Position numbers and translations under genes: made by a program. A DNA stretch of 55,411 nucleotides, taken from a virus (taxonomy: Duplodnaviria > Caudoviricetes). This document shows positions 1 to 9,500 of this stretch, piece by piece (within the stretch, counting starts at the first letter, position 1; every line of letters starts with the position of its first letter). Location: IMG/VR virus record IMGVR_UViG_3300021197_001537, positions 1-55,411 of that record; one strand, given 5' to 3'. The notes under the pieces are model-generated. The model saw nothing but the letters and a program-made list of their open reading frames with translations. It ran no database searches and had not been told where the DNA came from.

Positions 1-120
1 GTAGATAATGCGATGAAGTTATTAAACAGAGCCCTCTACAACATTCAGAGTGGCAAATACATAAAAAATAAATTATCTTGCAGTAAATGCGAGTTCAAAA
101 ACACACCAGAGTGTCCATAG
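1..120 (+). CDS. 3' end of a probable PD-(D/E)XK (Cas4/AddB-like) exonuclease, partial
   Basis: Frame 1 reads VDNAMKLLNRALYNIQSGKYIKNKLSCSKCEFKNTPECP-stop; a terminal CxxC-x7-C cluster is typical of Fe-S-binding PD-(D/E)XK nucleases; not in the ORF track. Confidence 0.5.
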   Translation, partial: VDNAMKLLNRALYNIQSGKYIKNKLSCSKCEFKNTPECP

Positions 121-128
121 GAGAAAAG

Positions 129-1379
129 ATGACTAAAAAGATAAAAGTTTTAACTTTATCTGACCACCCCTTGTTTTCTACAGGGGTTGCGATTCAGACA
201 AAGATGTTTATCGAGGCGATGTTACAAACGGGTAAGTTTGAATTTGTCTCTTTAGCAGGAGCACAAAAGCATAGAGATATGTCACCAATTAAAACAGAGC
301 AATACGGCGACGATTGGAAGATTTTTCCTGTCGAGGGTTATGGGAACATTGAGACAATGCGTTCTGTTATGAGAACCGAAAGACCAGACATCGTTTGGTT
401 AATGACTGACCCTCGTTTCTACGAGTGGCTTTGGAAGATTGAAGACGAAGTAAGAGCCCAAGCCTCAATGGTTTATTACCACGTTTGGGACAACGACCCT
501 GCTCCTCATTATAATAAAAAGTTTTATGATTCTAATGACCTCGTGGTTTCTATTTCTAAGCTCACCGAAAGAGTTGTAAATGAGGTCGGAACGAAGGCAA
601 AGCACATTCGAATTCCGCACACCGTTGATGAGACTGTTTACAACATCTTACCTCAAGAGGATGTGTCAGAATTCAAGAAAGAGCACTTTGGCGAAGATGA
701 TAAAACGTTGTTCTTTTGGAATAACAGGAACGCACCTAGAAAGAATGTAACAACCCTTCTCTGGTGGTTTAAGGAATTCCTCGATGAAGTAGGGCACGAC
801 AAAGCGTCTTTATTGGTTCACACTGACCCAAGCGACCCCATGGGGACAGACCTTGAGGCGAACTTAAAACAACTGGGTCTTCAAGACGGTCAAGTAATGT
901 TGTCTAATTTGAAATATCCTGCTGACAGAATGGCGATGCTTTACAACGTTTCAGATTGTACTATTAACATTTCAGACGCAGAAGGCTTCGGACTTGCTAC
1001 GCTTGAGTCAATGGCATGTGGAACACCCATTCTCGTCAATGAGACAGGCGGTCTAAGCGAACAAATAAGAGATTGCGACAACGAACACGGAATTGGAATT
1101 AAACCCGCCACACGGACGATTATAGGCTCTCACAGGGTTCCTTACATTTATCAAGACAGGATTAGCAAAGAAGATTTTATTTCTGGTTTAAAGAAGTTTC
1201 ACTCTATGACAGAAGAGGAAAGAACTCGTCTTGGACAGCTTGGTCATAACCACGTTGTAAGAAACTATAACAGCAAAGACTTTTCCGAGAGTTGGGAAAA
1301 GGCTCTAACAAACATTTATAAAACAAAAGGTTCTTGGAAGAATCGCAAACACCAGAACTGGGAGATTATTGAACTATGA
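129..1379 (+). CDS. Glycosyltransferase family 4 (GT-B fold)
   Basis: RNAPRKN and SDAEGFGLATLESMACGTP (E-x7-E) motifs; ATG at 129 follows AGGAGA and is preferred over 87. Confidence 0.9.
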   Translation: MTKKIKVLTLSDHPLFSTGVAIQTKMFIEAMLQTGKFEFVSLAGAQKHRDMSPIKTEQYGDDWKIFPVEGYGNIETMRSVMRTERPDIVWLMTDPRFYEWLWKIEDEVRAQASMVYYHVWDNDPAPHYNKKFYDSNDLVVSISKLTERVVNEVGTKAKHIRIPHTVDETVYNILPQEDVSEFKKEHFGEDDKTLFFWNNRNAPRKNVTTLLWWFKEFLDEVGHDKASLLVHTDPSDPMGTDLEANLKQLGLQDGQVMLSNLKYPADRMAMLYNVSDCTINISDAEGFGLATLESMACGTPILVNETGGLSEQIRDCDNEHGIGIKPATRTIIGSHRVPYIYQDRISKEDFISGLKKFHSMTEEERTRLGQLGHNHVVRNYNSKDFSESWEKALTNIYKTKGSWKNRKHQNWEIIEL

Positions 1380-2542
1380 GTAGAAAGATTTTAGTACGAG
1401 GACCAGCGTTATCTCGTTCAGGTTATGGGGAACACTGCCGTTCAGTTTTACGAGCACTTCGTTCTGATGACAGAAACGATGTTTATTTATTGAATGTAGG
1501 TTGGGGAGCTTCTGGTTGGCTATTCGAGGAAAACGAAGAGCGAGACTGGATTGATTCAACAATTATGAAGACAGCAAAGAAAGTTCAAACAGGAGAGTTA
1601 GACTTTGATTTATCAATTCAGGTTCAACTTCCTACAGAGTGGCAACCTCTTTGTGAAAAGAACATTGGAATTACTGCTGGAGTAGAAACGACACAAGCAC
1701 CACAATCTTGGGTCGAGGCTTGCGAGCAGATGGACCATATCGTTGTTCCATCACAACATTCGAAGGATTGCTTTACGGAAACACTTGCAGAAAAGATAGA
1801 AGTAATCAATTTTCCTGCTCGTCAGGCACGTTCGAAAAAGATTGATTTAAATGTTTCTTCTGATTTTAACTTTTTAACAGTGGCTCAATGGAACCCAAGA
1901 AAGAATGTAGAGCAAACCATTTTCTCATTCGTTCAAGAGTTCCAAAATGAGGATGTAGGTCTTATTTTAAAGCTTGGAATTCAAGGAGGAACTGAGATTG
2001 ATAGAGAGCATGTTAAGACAAGGCTTCAAGACTTGCTTGCAGAACTCCCACAGGATAGAAAATGTAAAGTTCATTTGCTTCACGGAACTTTATCTGATGA
2101 AGAGATGGTCTCACTTTATAAGAATAAAAACATCTCTGCTTACGTTACAACGTCACACGGCGAAGGTTATGGGCTTCCTATTTTCGAAGCAGCACAGCAC
2201 GGCGTTCCAGTTATCGCACCCAACTGGGGAGGGATTAAGGAGTTTTCAAACAACTCCATTGTAGAGATTGATTATGAAGAGAAGAATCTTGAAAAACATC
2301 ACTCTTGGGAAGGTGTTTTGGAAGAAACTTCAAGTTGGTGTTTTCCAGACACTAATTCAGTTCGCTCTCAGATGAGGGAGGTTTATAACAACCTTTCAAA
2401 GTATAATAAGCAGGCAAAGAGTCTTCAGAACCACATAAAGGACAATTTTACTGAACAACAGATAAACCTGTGCTATAATAATGTTATAGACAGTGTTCTA
2501 CAAACAACAACTGAAGGAGATGACACTAATGAAGTTAAGTGA
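1376..2542 (+). CDS. Glycosyltransferase family 4 (GT-B fold)
   Basis: SGYG N-terminal loop, WNPRKN, SHGEGYGLPIFEAAQHGVP motif; ATGA overlap with upstream GT. Confidence 0.9.
   Translation: MSRKILVRGPALSRSGYGEHCRSVLRALRSDDRNDVYLLNVGWGASGWLFEENEERDWIDSTIMKTAKKVQTGELDFDLSIQVQLPTEWQPLCEKNIGITAGVETTQAPQSWVEACEQMDHIVVPSQHSKDCFTETLAEKIEVINFPARQARSKKIDLNVSSDFNFLTVAQWNPRKNVEQTIFSFVQEFQNEDVGLILKLGIQGGTEIDREHVKTRLQDLLAELPQDRKCKVHLLHGTLSDEEMVSLYKNKNISAYVTTSHGEGYGLPIFEAAQHGVPVIAPNWGGIKEFSNNSIVEIDYEEKNLEKHHSWEGVLEETSSWCFPDTNSVRSQMREVYNNLSKYNKQAKSLQNHIKDNFTEQQINLCYNNVIDSVLQTTTEGDDTNEVK
2471..2479 (+). promoter_or_regulatory. Possible extended -10 promoter (TGcTATAAT)
   Basis: Exact TGnTATAAT about 50 nt upstream of the ATG at 2529; no convincing -35. 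Confidence 0.35.
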
Positions 2543-2735
2543 CCAAGCATTAGGAGCTATTATGATGGCTCTACAGAAGAGCCTATTAGAGCAAACCGAT
2601 ATTGTTCCTGTTTTGAAGTCCATGGAATTCACCAAGGACGAAGAAACCAAGCGTTGGGGCACCAAGGACGGAGAACTCGTAGTCGCTAACCCACCTACAT
2701 TCCAATTAAACCAAAACGAGGGTGAAGATAACTAA
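2529..2735 (+). CDS. Hypothetical protein
   Basis: ATG at 2529 preceded by AAGGAGA; MKLSDQALGAIMMALQKSLLEQTDIV. Confidence 0.7.
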   Translation: MKLSDQALGAIMMALQKSLLEQTDIVPVLKSMEFTKDEETKRWGTKDGELVVANPPTFQLNQNEGEDN

Positions 2736-2989
2736 TGCCTTATTATTCTTACCAATGTTCAAAGTGTGAAGTTATTTTTAGAGCATTTCACGGCATGAAC
2801 GAAGAGCAGGAAGAATGTAAGTTCTGCTTGAGTAAGGATACTGAACTCACAAGAGTTTACGATAAGATAAATGTTAAGAAAACCACCCCGACAAAGACTT
2901 CTGCTGCTTCAAGAGTAAAAGAATTTATAAAAGACTCGAAAGAGGTTTTTGAACAGCAGAAGTCCGAGTCAAGAGTTGAGCATGATTGA
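2735..2989 (+). CDS. FmdB-family zinc-ribbon protein
   Basis: MPYYSYQCSKC...CKFC matches the MPxYxYxCxxC...CxxC pattern. Confidence 0.8.
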   Translation: MPYYSYQCSKCEVIFRAFHGMNEEQEECKFCLSKDTELTRVYDKINVKKTTPTKTSAASRVKEFIKDSKEVFEQQKSESRVEHD

Positions 2990-3269
2990 AACTCTCATAA
3001 TTTATTTATTATTTCCCCTCGCAATTGCCTTTAATGCCATTCTTTTATGGTACATTAGGAAGTTGCTCATCATCATCGAAGATAATTCCGTTGAAATGAA
3101 GGAAAGGTTTAATGCCTTTCACGAATTCCTTGACGAGACTTATAAGATGGACCTGTTCTTTGGCGAACCTCGCTTGAAAGAATTATTATCCATTATTAAA
3201 GACTTTGACGAGTGGGCATCCGAATTCGAGGAAAGAATAATTACTGAAAAAGAAAATAATGACGACTGA
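2982..3269 (+). CDS. Hypothetical membrane-anchored protein
   Basis: N-terminal hydrophobic helix IIYLLFPLAIAFNAILLWYI; ATG at 2982 overlaps the upstream gene. Confidence 0.65.
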   Translation: MIETLIIYLLFPLAIAFNAILLWYIRKLLIIIEDNSVEMKERFNAFHEFLDETYKMDLFFGEPRLKELLSIIKDFDEWASEFEERIITEKENNDD

Positions 3270-4029
3270 AAACACACCAAGAAAAAAGATTAAAAGAAAA
3301 CGACGCAAAAGAACTAAAAGGCTTTATTTCACCCATGTTCACGAAGAAGCAATTATAGAATATTGTTCTACAAGTGATAGGGCAAAGAGAGAAAAACTTT
3401 ATAGAGAACTCATTCAACCTGCAATGGGTGAGATGGTAGATAAAATCGTCTACACTTATAAGTTCACAACTCTTCCTAACATTGACGAGCTTCGAGATGA
3501 GTGTAAGATTTGGCTTACAACTATTCTTGAGAAGTTCGATGTTTCCAAGGGTTCCAAAGCGTTTTCTTACTTTTCAGTCATTACTAAGAACTGGTTTATC
3601 CATAAAGTAAAAAGACATTCTATTCAGAGGAGGCGTGAAATCCAGTTTGACTCACTTCCAAGGTCTATTGAAGAAAGATACATGTCCACTTCAAACCCCT
3701 ATGAAGACTCAATGGAACAAAAGCAGTTTTGGCAAGCTCTTTGGAATGAGATTGAGAAGTGGGGTGAAATGCCTATGAAACCAACAGAGGAGCGTGTCTA
3801 CAAGGCAGTTAAGATTCTTTTGGAACAGCCCGATGATATTGAAATTTTTAATAAGAAAGCTATTTACCTTTACTTGAGAGAATTGACGGGACTTAACACA
3901 AAACAGGTCGTCAACAACTTAAATAAGTTAAGGTCTAAATACCGTTCTTTCAAGTCTGACTGGAATGAGGGTAAAGTCACCCACATAGAGGAAAGACAAA
4001 ATGGCGAAAAAGAAGAATCAGAACCTTGA
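3259..4029 (+). CDS. Phage late sigma factor-like protein (T4 gp55 / sigma70 region 2-like)
   Basis: LYFT...EEAIIEY and EKFDVSKGSKAFSYFSVITKNWFI resemble sigma region 2 of gp55-type factors; basic N-terminus. Confidence 0.7.
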   Translation: MTTENTPRKKIKRKRRKRTKRLYFTHVHEEAIIEYCSTSDRAKREKLYRELIQPAMGEMVDKIVYTYKFTTLPNIDELRDECKIWLTTILEKFDVSKGSKAFSYFSVITKNWFIHKVKRHSIQRRREIQFDSLPRSIEERYMSTSNPYEDSMEQKQFWQALWNEIEKWGEMPMKPTEERVYKAVKILLEQPDDIEIFNKKAIYLYLRELTGLNTKQVVNNLNKLRSKYRSFKSDWNEGKVTHIEERQNGEKEESEP

Positions 4030-4309
4030 AGAGTTTATCGGAGAGGCTCTAGAAAACATCCGCTCAGACAGAGCAATAACTTCCCACCTACTAACAGAGC
4101 TAGTTCAGGAAATGAACAAACAAGGCTCTATCTCTACTATCCAGCAATGCGGAATGATTGCTTCCAAATATGTAGAAACACTCCAAAGGTCAAATGAGCA
4201 GATAGTCAAACTTGCTGGACTTCTTCAAAAGAAAGAAGGAAAGCAAGAAGGCTTGACTGCTTCTGAGAAAGATGAAATCTACGACCTCTTAAACGAGTCG
4301 GAAGAATAA
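4001..4309 (+). CDS. Hypothetical helical protein
   Basis: 102-aa ORF coupled to its neighbours. Confidence 0.65.
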   Translation: MAKKKNQNLEEFIGEALENIRSDRAITSHLLTELVQEMNKQGSISTIQQCGMIASKYVETLQRSNEQIVKLAGLLQKKEGKQEGLTASEKDEIYDLLNESEE

Positions 4310-4310
4310 A

Positions 4311-5675
4311 ATGTCTAATGCTGGTTGCAATAAAGATTCCGACCCAAACGTTGTCAAGGTCACTCCTAAGAAGAAAGCACCTAAGCACGACTTTGGAGAC
4401 TTGAATCCAAAGGTCAAACCAAAGACTTCTGGTAAGAGCTTTGATACCAAAAGAAACACTTCAATGGATGTTCTCAAGGATGTTGCGAGAACACACCTGA
4501 CAGATACATCTTTACCAGCAGGTAGGATGGTTGGAATAGTTTTAAGAAAGTTGACAGACTCAGAGTTATCGACTGAAGTGGATAACCCAGTCTTCGCCAG
4601 TCTTGGTCTAGTACAAGACCAAATTCTAAAACTGAAGGGCTATAAAATAAGAGTTCCAGAACTTGATGCTCACCTTCCAGAGCCAGAGACTTTTGACACT
4701 GGAGACCCGAATCAAGTAGCAGCGCACAGTTCGATTATTAACAGTCACAAAACTTATGTCTCCAAGAGTGAGGATTGCATAGAGCCAACCATAGGTTCTC
4801 TTGTTTGGGTTGAACTTGATAACAATGTTGGATTCTACCTTGAGCCTTTGACAAGCGGAACTTCAATGCCTGCGACAAAACAAGAACCAGATAGGGTAGG
4901 CGGCTCTAAAAAAGCCTTTTCTGGTCTTAAGCCAAAAGTCTCTTTATCAGGACCACTTCCAGCGGAATCTTCTCCACCACCAATAACGCCATATCGAATC
5001 TACAAGCTTGTCAGAGTTAAGGCTGACAAATTTACACCTATGGGGGAATATGGAGGATATGGTTCTATGAAGTTAAGAGAAGACGCAGCAAAAGCTTATA
5101 ACGAATTGAAAGCTGAAGTTAATTCTCTCGGCGGAATTGTCACTACATCTGGAGGAGTGAGAAGTCTCGCAAATGCTAAAAAATCAGCATCAAGAAGTCA
5201 GACTTCAATTCACTACACTGGTTTAGCTTTTGACTTAGGGATGTGGACTGGGATGTATGATGGAAGAATAAATGCAAAAGTTAAGGTCGATGCTACCAAA
5301 CAACCTTATGTGATAGAAAGGGTCGGAACAAGAAATTGGCATGTTTGGTGTAAAACTGAGAATCCAAATGTTCCTGTAAGAAAAATAAAAGCTTACATTT
5401 TTCCACACAAACAGGTTGTTGTCGAAGGAAGATTCTTTTCATTTACAGACCTCGCTTCAAAATACGGATTTACAGGCATCGGAGAGAGGAGCAAATTTAA
5501 GTCAACTTATGCTTGTGCTGAATGGTGGCACTTTAATTATCTAGTGCCACTTGTGAGGGGAAGAGATACCTTCGCATCAATTTTAGAAGAACTCTGGAGT
5601 GACAAGCAGCTACAAGGCTTCGCTGGTCATTCAAAATTTGGGGCTCGTGTCTGGGGTGAAGGGTGGAGAGGATAA
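4311..5675 (+). CDS. gp5-like baseplate hub N-terminal domain fused to an M15 (VanY-like) zinc peptidase
   Basis: SIHYTGLAFD (SxHxxGxAxD) and EWWH (ExxH) motifs; N-terminal RVPEL...PTIGSLVWVE resembles the gp5/VgrG OB-fold; first gene of the baseplate cluster. Confidence 0.75.
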   Translation: MSNAGCNKDSDPNVVKVTPKKKAPKHDFGDLNPKVKPKTSGKSFDTKRNTSMDVLKDVARTHLTDTSLPAGRMVGIVLRKLTDSELSTEVDNPVFASLGLVQDQILKLKGYKIRVPELDAHLPEPETFDTGDPNQVAAHSSIINSHKTYVSKSEDCIEPTIGSLVWVELDNNVGFYLEPLTSGTSMPATKQEPDRVGGSKKAFSGLKPKVSLSGPLPAESSPPPITPYRIYKLVRVKADKFTPMGEYGGYGSMKLREDAAKAYNELKAEVNSLGGIVTTSGGVRSLANAKKSASRSQTSIHYTGLAFDLGMWTGMYDGRINAKVKVDATKQPYVIERVGTRNWHVWCKTENPNVPVRKIKAYIFPHKQVVVEGRFFSFTDLASKYGFTGIGERSKFKSTYACAEWWHFNYLVPLVRGRDTFASILEELWSDKQLQGFAGHSKFGARVWGEGWRG

Positions 5676-6590
5676 ATGTCTAAAAAGAAAGCAGTAGATA
5701 TCTCTGGATTAACAGAGACTAACCTAGAATCTATTTCAGGATTCACAAAGGCAGAAAAATCTAAAAGACAAGGTGTTTTTTGTGAAGAGTTGTTAGAGCC
5801 AATTCCACAATTTGCAAAAGCACCTTGTGAGATAGTCTACCCAGGCAAGAATAACAACTACATCGTAATGGGCAGAGACCGTCCAAGAACGAGGGACAGC
5901 GGTTATGGTGGTCAAGGTGACACTCAGGCTTCGATGATTGACATTGTAGTGGGTAGGATGTCTTATCAGCCAAACCAATCATCTTTCGTTGACCCTAACT
6001 TTATTACTGACTCTGCTAGAATTTACATTAGTCAAAAGACAGACCTCGATGAAAACTTTGGCTTGGTTGATGGCAATGTTGGAGAGTCTCGGTCGAAGTC
6101 TGGCATAGCCATTAAAGCAGATGCAGTCCGAATTATTGCGAGAGAAGGAATTAAATTAGTAACAAGAACAGACGAGGAAAACTCTCAAGGTGCGAATATG
6201 TCTGTTGCAGTTCCTGGAATAGACTTGATAGCAGGCAACGACGACACTGACCTACAATGGATTCCAAAGGGTGACAATCTCGTTTCCGCACTTAAAAGAT
6301 TGACTAATCACGTTCATAAATTAAACGGAATTGTAAATGGTCTTCTAATGTCACAGCATAAATTAAATAAAGCCCTAAAAGACCATTGGCACTTTTCAAC
6401 AAAACCTGGCGCAAGAACCTCATCATCACCAGTTGTCGATATCGTTGCAGGTCAGGTTATGTTAAGGCACATGCAGAAGACAAAGGTTTCCTTGAGAACA
6501 CACAGGGCTAACTTGGAAAACTTCGAGAAAAACTATTTATCATCAGCAGGTGAAGGCTGGATAAACAGTCGTTTCAATAAGGTAAATTAA
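5676..6590 (+). CDS. Baseplate central spike-like protein (gp5 C-terminal / gpV-like)
   Basis: Short beta-strand repeats (IKADAVRIIAREGIKL), KGDNL segment, HWH (HxH) near the C-terminus; position upstream of gp25. Confidence 0.55.
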   Translation: MSKKKAVDISGLTETNLESISGFTKAEKSKRQGVFCEELLEPIPQFAKAPCEIVYPGKNNNYIVMGRDRPRTRDSGYGGQGDTQASMIDIVVGRMSYQPNQSSFVDPNFITDSARIYISQKTDLDENFGLVDGNVGESRSKSGIAIKADAVRIIAREGIKLVTRTDEENSQGANMSVAVPGIDLIAGNDDTDLQWIPKGDNLVSALKRLTNHVHKLNGIVNGLLMSQHKLNKALKDHWHFSTKPGARTSSSPVVDIVAGQVMLRHMQKTKVSLRTHRANLENFEKNYLSSAGEGWINSRFNKVN

Positions 6591-6591
6591 A

Positions 6592-9500
6592 ATGGCATTA
6601 ACACCAAGTCAATCACGACTCGAAGACCTTCGGGCAAAAGAGAAGTTTGCTATAGAGAATGGATACGATTATTCAAATCCAGCCCAAGGAAAAATTCAAT
6701 CTTGGGTCGAAGTCGAATTGGACTTTACCCCAGAAGAAGATAAATTAGTTCCACCCGCAGGTCGTCTAATCCTCAATAACGTAGATGCGGGCAGGATTTT
6801 ACAAAAAGACATTAACGCTTACTGTGCCGCTCATCCTCAAGTTTGTGCATCTGCTTCACGAAGAGATGAAATTTACAAAAGGATGGTCGAAGAAGGAACT
6901 ACACCAGAACCAAAACCAGCAGAGCCTGTAAGTCAAGATTTTATTCCTACGCCAATGGTTCCACCTTTACCTACATCTGCTACACACAGGGTTATCATAA
7001 ACGAGAGCAACATCGAAACAGTATTGCGGTCATTACCTGACCCAAACGCTGAAGTTGTTATGCCTCTTGAACCAGAGCAGCAGTTCATAGTCATTGATGA
7101 GGCAGTCGGACCCAACGGCACATTCACAGAAGTAAAGACTATTGGGACAACGCCCCAGAGTGCTCGCCTTTACGTCTTGAAAAACTTTATTTCACCTTTA
7201 CCGCAGACGCCCAAATCTGCCAAAATGGACCTGGGTCAACAGAAGTCTCTACCAATGCCTTCTGCAATCTCTCCAAGGTGGACGGACAAGAACGTAAATG
7301 TTTCTTATTTTGATGTCTCTGATGCTAAGGTTAAAGTTTCTGTTGAGACGAATTACGACTCAACAGGAGGAGAAAAATTAACAGAGAGAATGAGAGAGGC
7401 TCTCGCCACTGGACTGAAGATTATTCTGAAAGACAATGGAAAGAAATCTGATGAGGAAACTGTCAACAGACTTCTTCTTGAAAACTATTTTATTTTCGCT
7501 AGAGCAGAAGACTATTATGTTGACTCACGAGCAAAGATTCCAATGCGAGTCTTGGTTACTTTGCCTTATAAATACATTGAACCACTAGAGGATAAAGAAG
7601 AAGAGCCAGAATTTGACTTCTCTATTCAGATACCAGTTGCAAAATTCTTGGACATTTTCTCCACCGCCTCTAATAAGATAAAGACTCTAGGAAAGGGGAT
7701 GAAAGAGTTCGACGGAGAAATTCAAACATTCGACCCCGATAGGGAATCTGACAATCTTACTTCTTACGTTGATGAGATTGAAAAGCTTCTTACCGAAAAC
7801 GGATTGAAAGGTCCAACCTCCTCTCCTTCCGCACCACCGACTGACTTTATTATTATCGGATGGAAAGAGGGTTATGAACCGACATATGTAGCCTACCTCA
7901 ACCAAAAAAACAATGATAAAACGGTTATGTCAAAGTCGATGACCGTTTTTCAAAAGACAGAGCCTGTTGAATCAAAGAGGACTCAAGAACTTGTTCATAG
8001 AGTGCGTGAAATAGGTTCATTTGCGGGCTCTTGGACAGAATTTTTAGGAATCTTTTCAAAAGAAGAACCAGTAAGCATTATTCATAACAATCAGAACTTA
8101 GATAAACAGCCAAAGTCAGAAATTGGTCCCTCTGTAAAATCAGTTGAGCAAATGAGAAGAGAGGACAACTATCTTATTGACGATAATCGAAAAACAGAGA
8201 TTTATGAAGAAAGAAAAAACAAATCGACTGTAGTTGCATTAGCTGGTAGGGCAGCAGAAGACTTTCCAAAGACAGCAAACCAAGTAACCAGTCTTGAGAG
8301 TTCTTACGAGAGGGTTTTAAACAATGTAAACCTTCCATTCTTAATTTCAGAAGCAATAGCTTGTTTAGGAGATATCAGAGGGTTAAAATCAGAAGTTAGC
8401 GGAGCTTTAGGCTTCTTGTCACAGATTCATAAGATACCATCGGCTATTTTTCCTGATGACCTTCCAACAGACGACATATCAGCAGCATTTGTTTCCACTC
8501 TTAAAAACACTTTAGAGAGCATGATATCAGCCGTTCTCGTCTCACTTGTAAAGGGTGTGTTGGCAAGTTTGGGAGCAGCCTGCGCCGATGACGAACCAGC
8601 AGGAGAATCGCCGAGCCTGGAAGACCTGCTAAATGCAATGGAAAAGGTAGAGGGAGACTTTGATAAAGAGAAGGCAGCTTCCTTTATTGATGACCTCTTC
8701 AATGTCTTGACACCAGTAGAAATCTGTGAATTATTAGAGGGCAATCCAAGTGAAAAAACGCTGGAGATAGCACAAAGCTTGCTAAGAAGGTTATATCCAG
8801 AATTGGGTCTCGAAACGAAAACACAAATAATTAATTTCTTTCAAACCCTCGGCAACTTCATAAACTTTCAACTCTGTAGAGACATTTTGGACGAGCAAAT
8901 TCCAGATACGGACCTTAAGGTGGAAGACTTCTTGTGCGAAGATGAAAGTGACTCACTAAGAGAAGAACTACTTCGACAAAAGGGTGAAATGACCGAGGAC
9001 CAGATAAAGGAACAGCTTGCTAAAGATAAAGAAAGAAAAGAACAATTAGCAGACCAGTTATTGGCGGCATTGGAAAATGGACCTCTCGCCGACAACTTTA
9101 AAGCACCTGATTTATTCTGTGCAAAGGACTCGAACAAGCCTGGAGCAGCCTCATTTGTAGACGAAAGCTTTTCACTAATGTTAAGAGAGACTCTAGAGGG
9201 TCTATTCGGTGCTGTGTCCACTTCATTTAATAAAGAGGGCAACGAGTTTGCATCCACAACATTAGAACAAGTTCAGTATGAAAATGAGGAAGGTCAGCAA
9301 CTTTTCAGGTTTGAACCTGTTCCTCAATTTAAGAACATTATCAAAACATCAATTCCAGAACAGGCACCTGACAATCCAGCGTCATTCATTCTACCAGTCT
9401 CATCTACACCTGTTTCTAATAGCATAGCAGACAATATCAGGCGAAGAATTGATGATATTTCAAACATTTTTATTGGAATAGAATTAGTTGCAGGCAGCGA

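Noticed and set aside
87-128. Upstream starts in the ORF track (87; also 2493, 2949 and 44073)
   Set aside because: They overlap upstream genes, while downstream ATGs at 129, 2529, 2982 and 44133 have a better RBS or translational coupling
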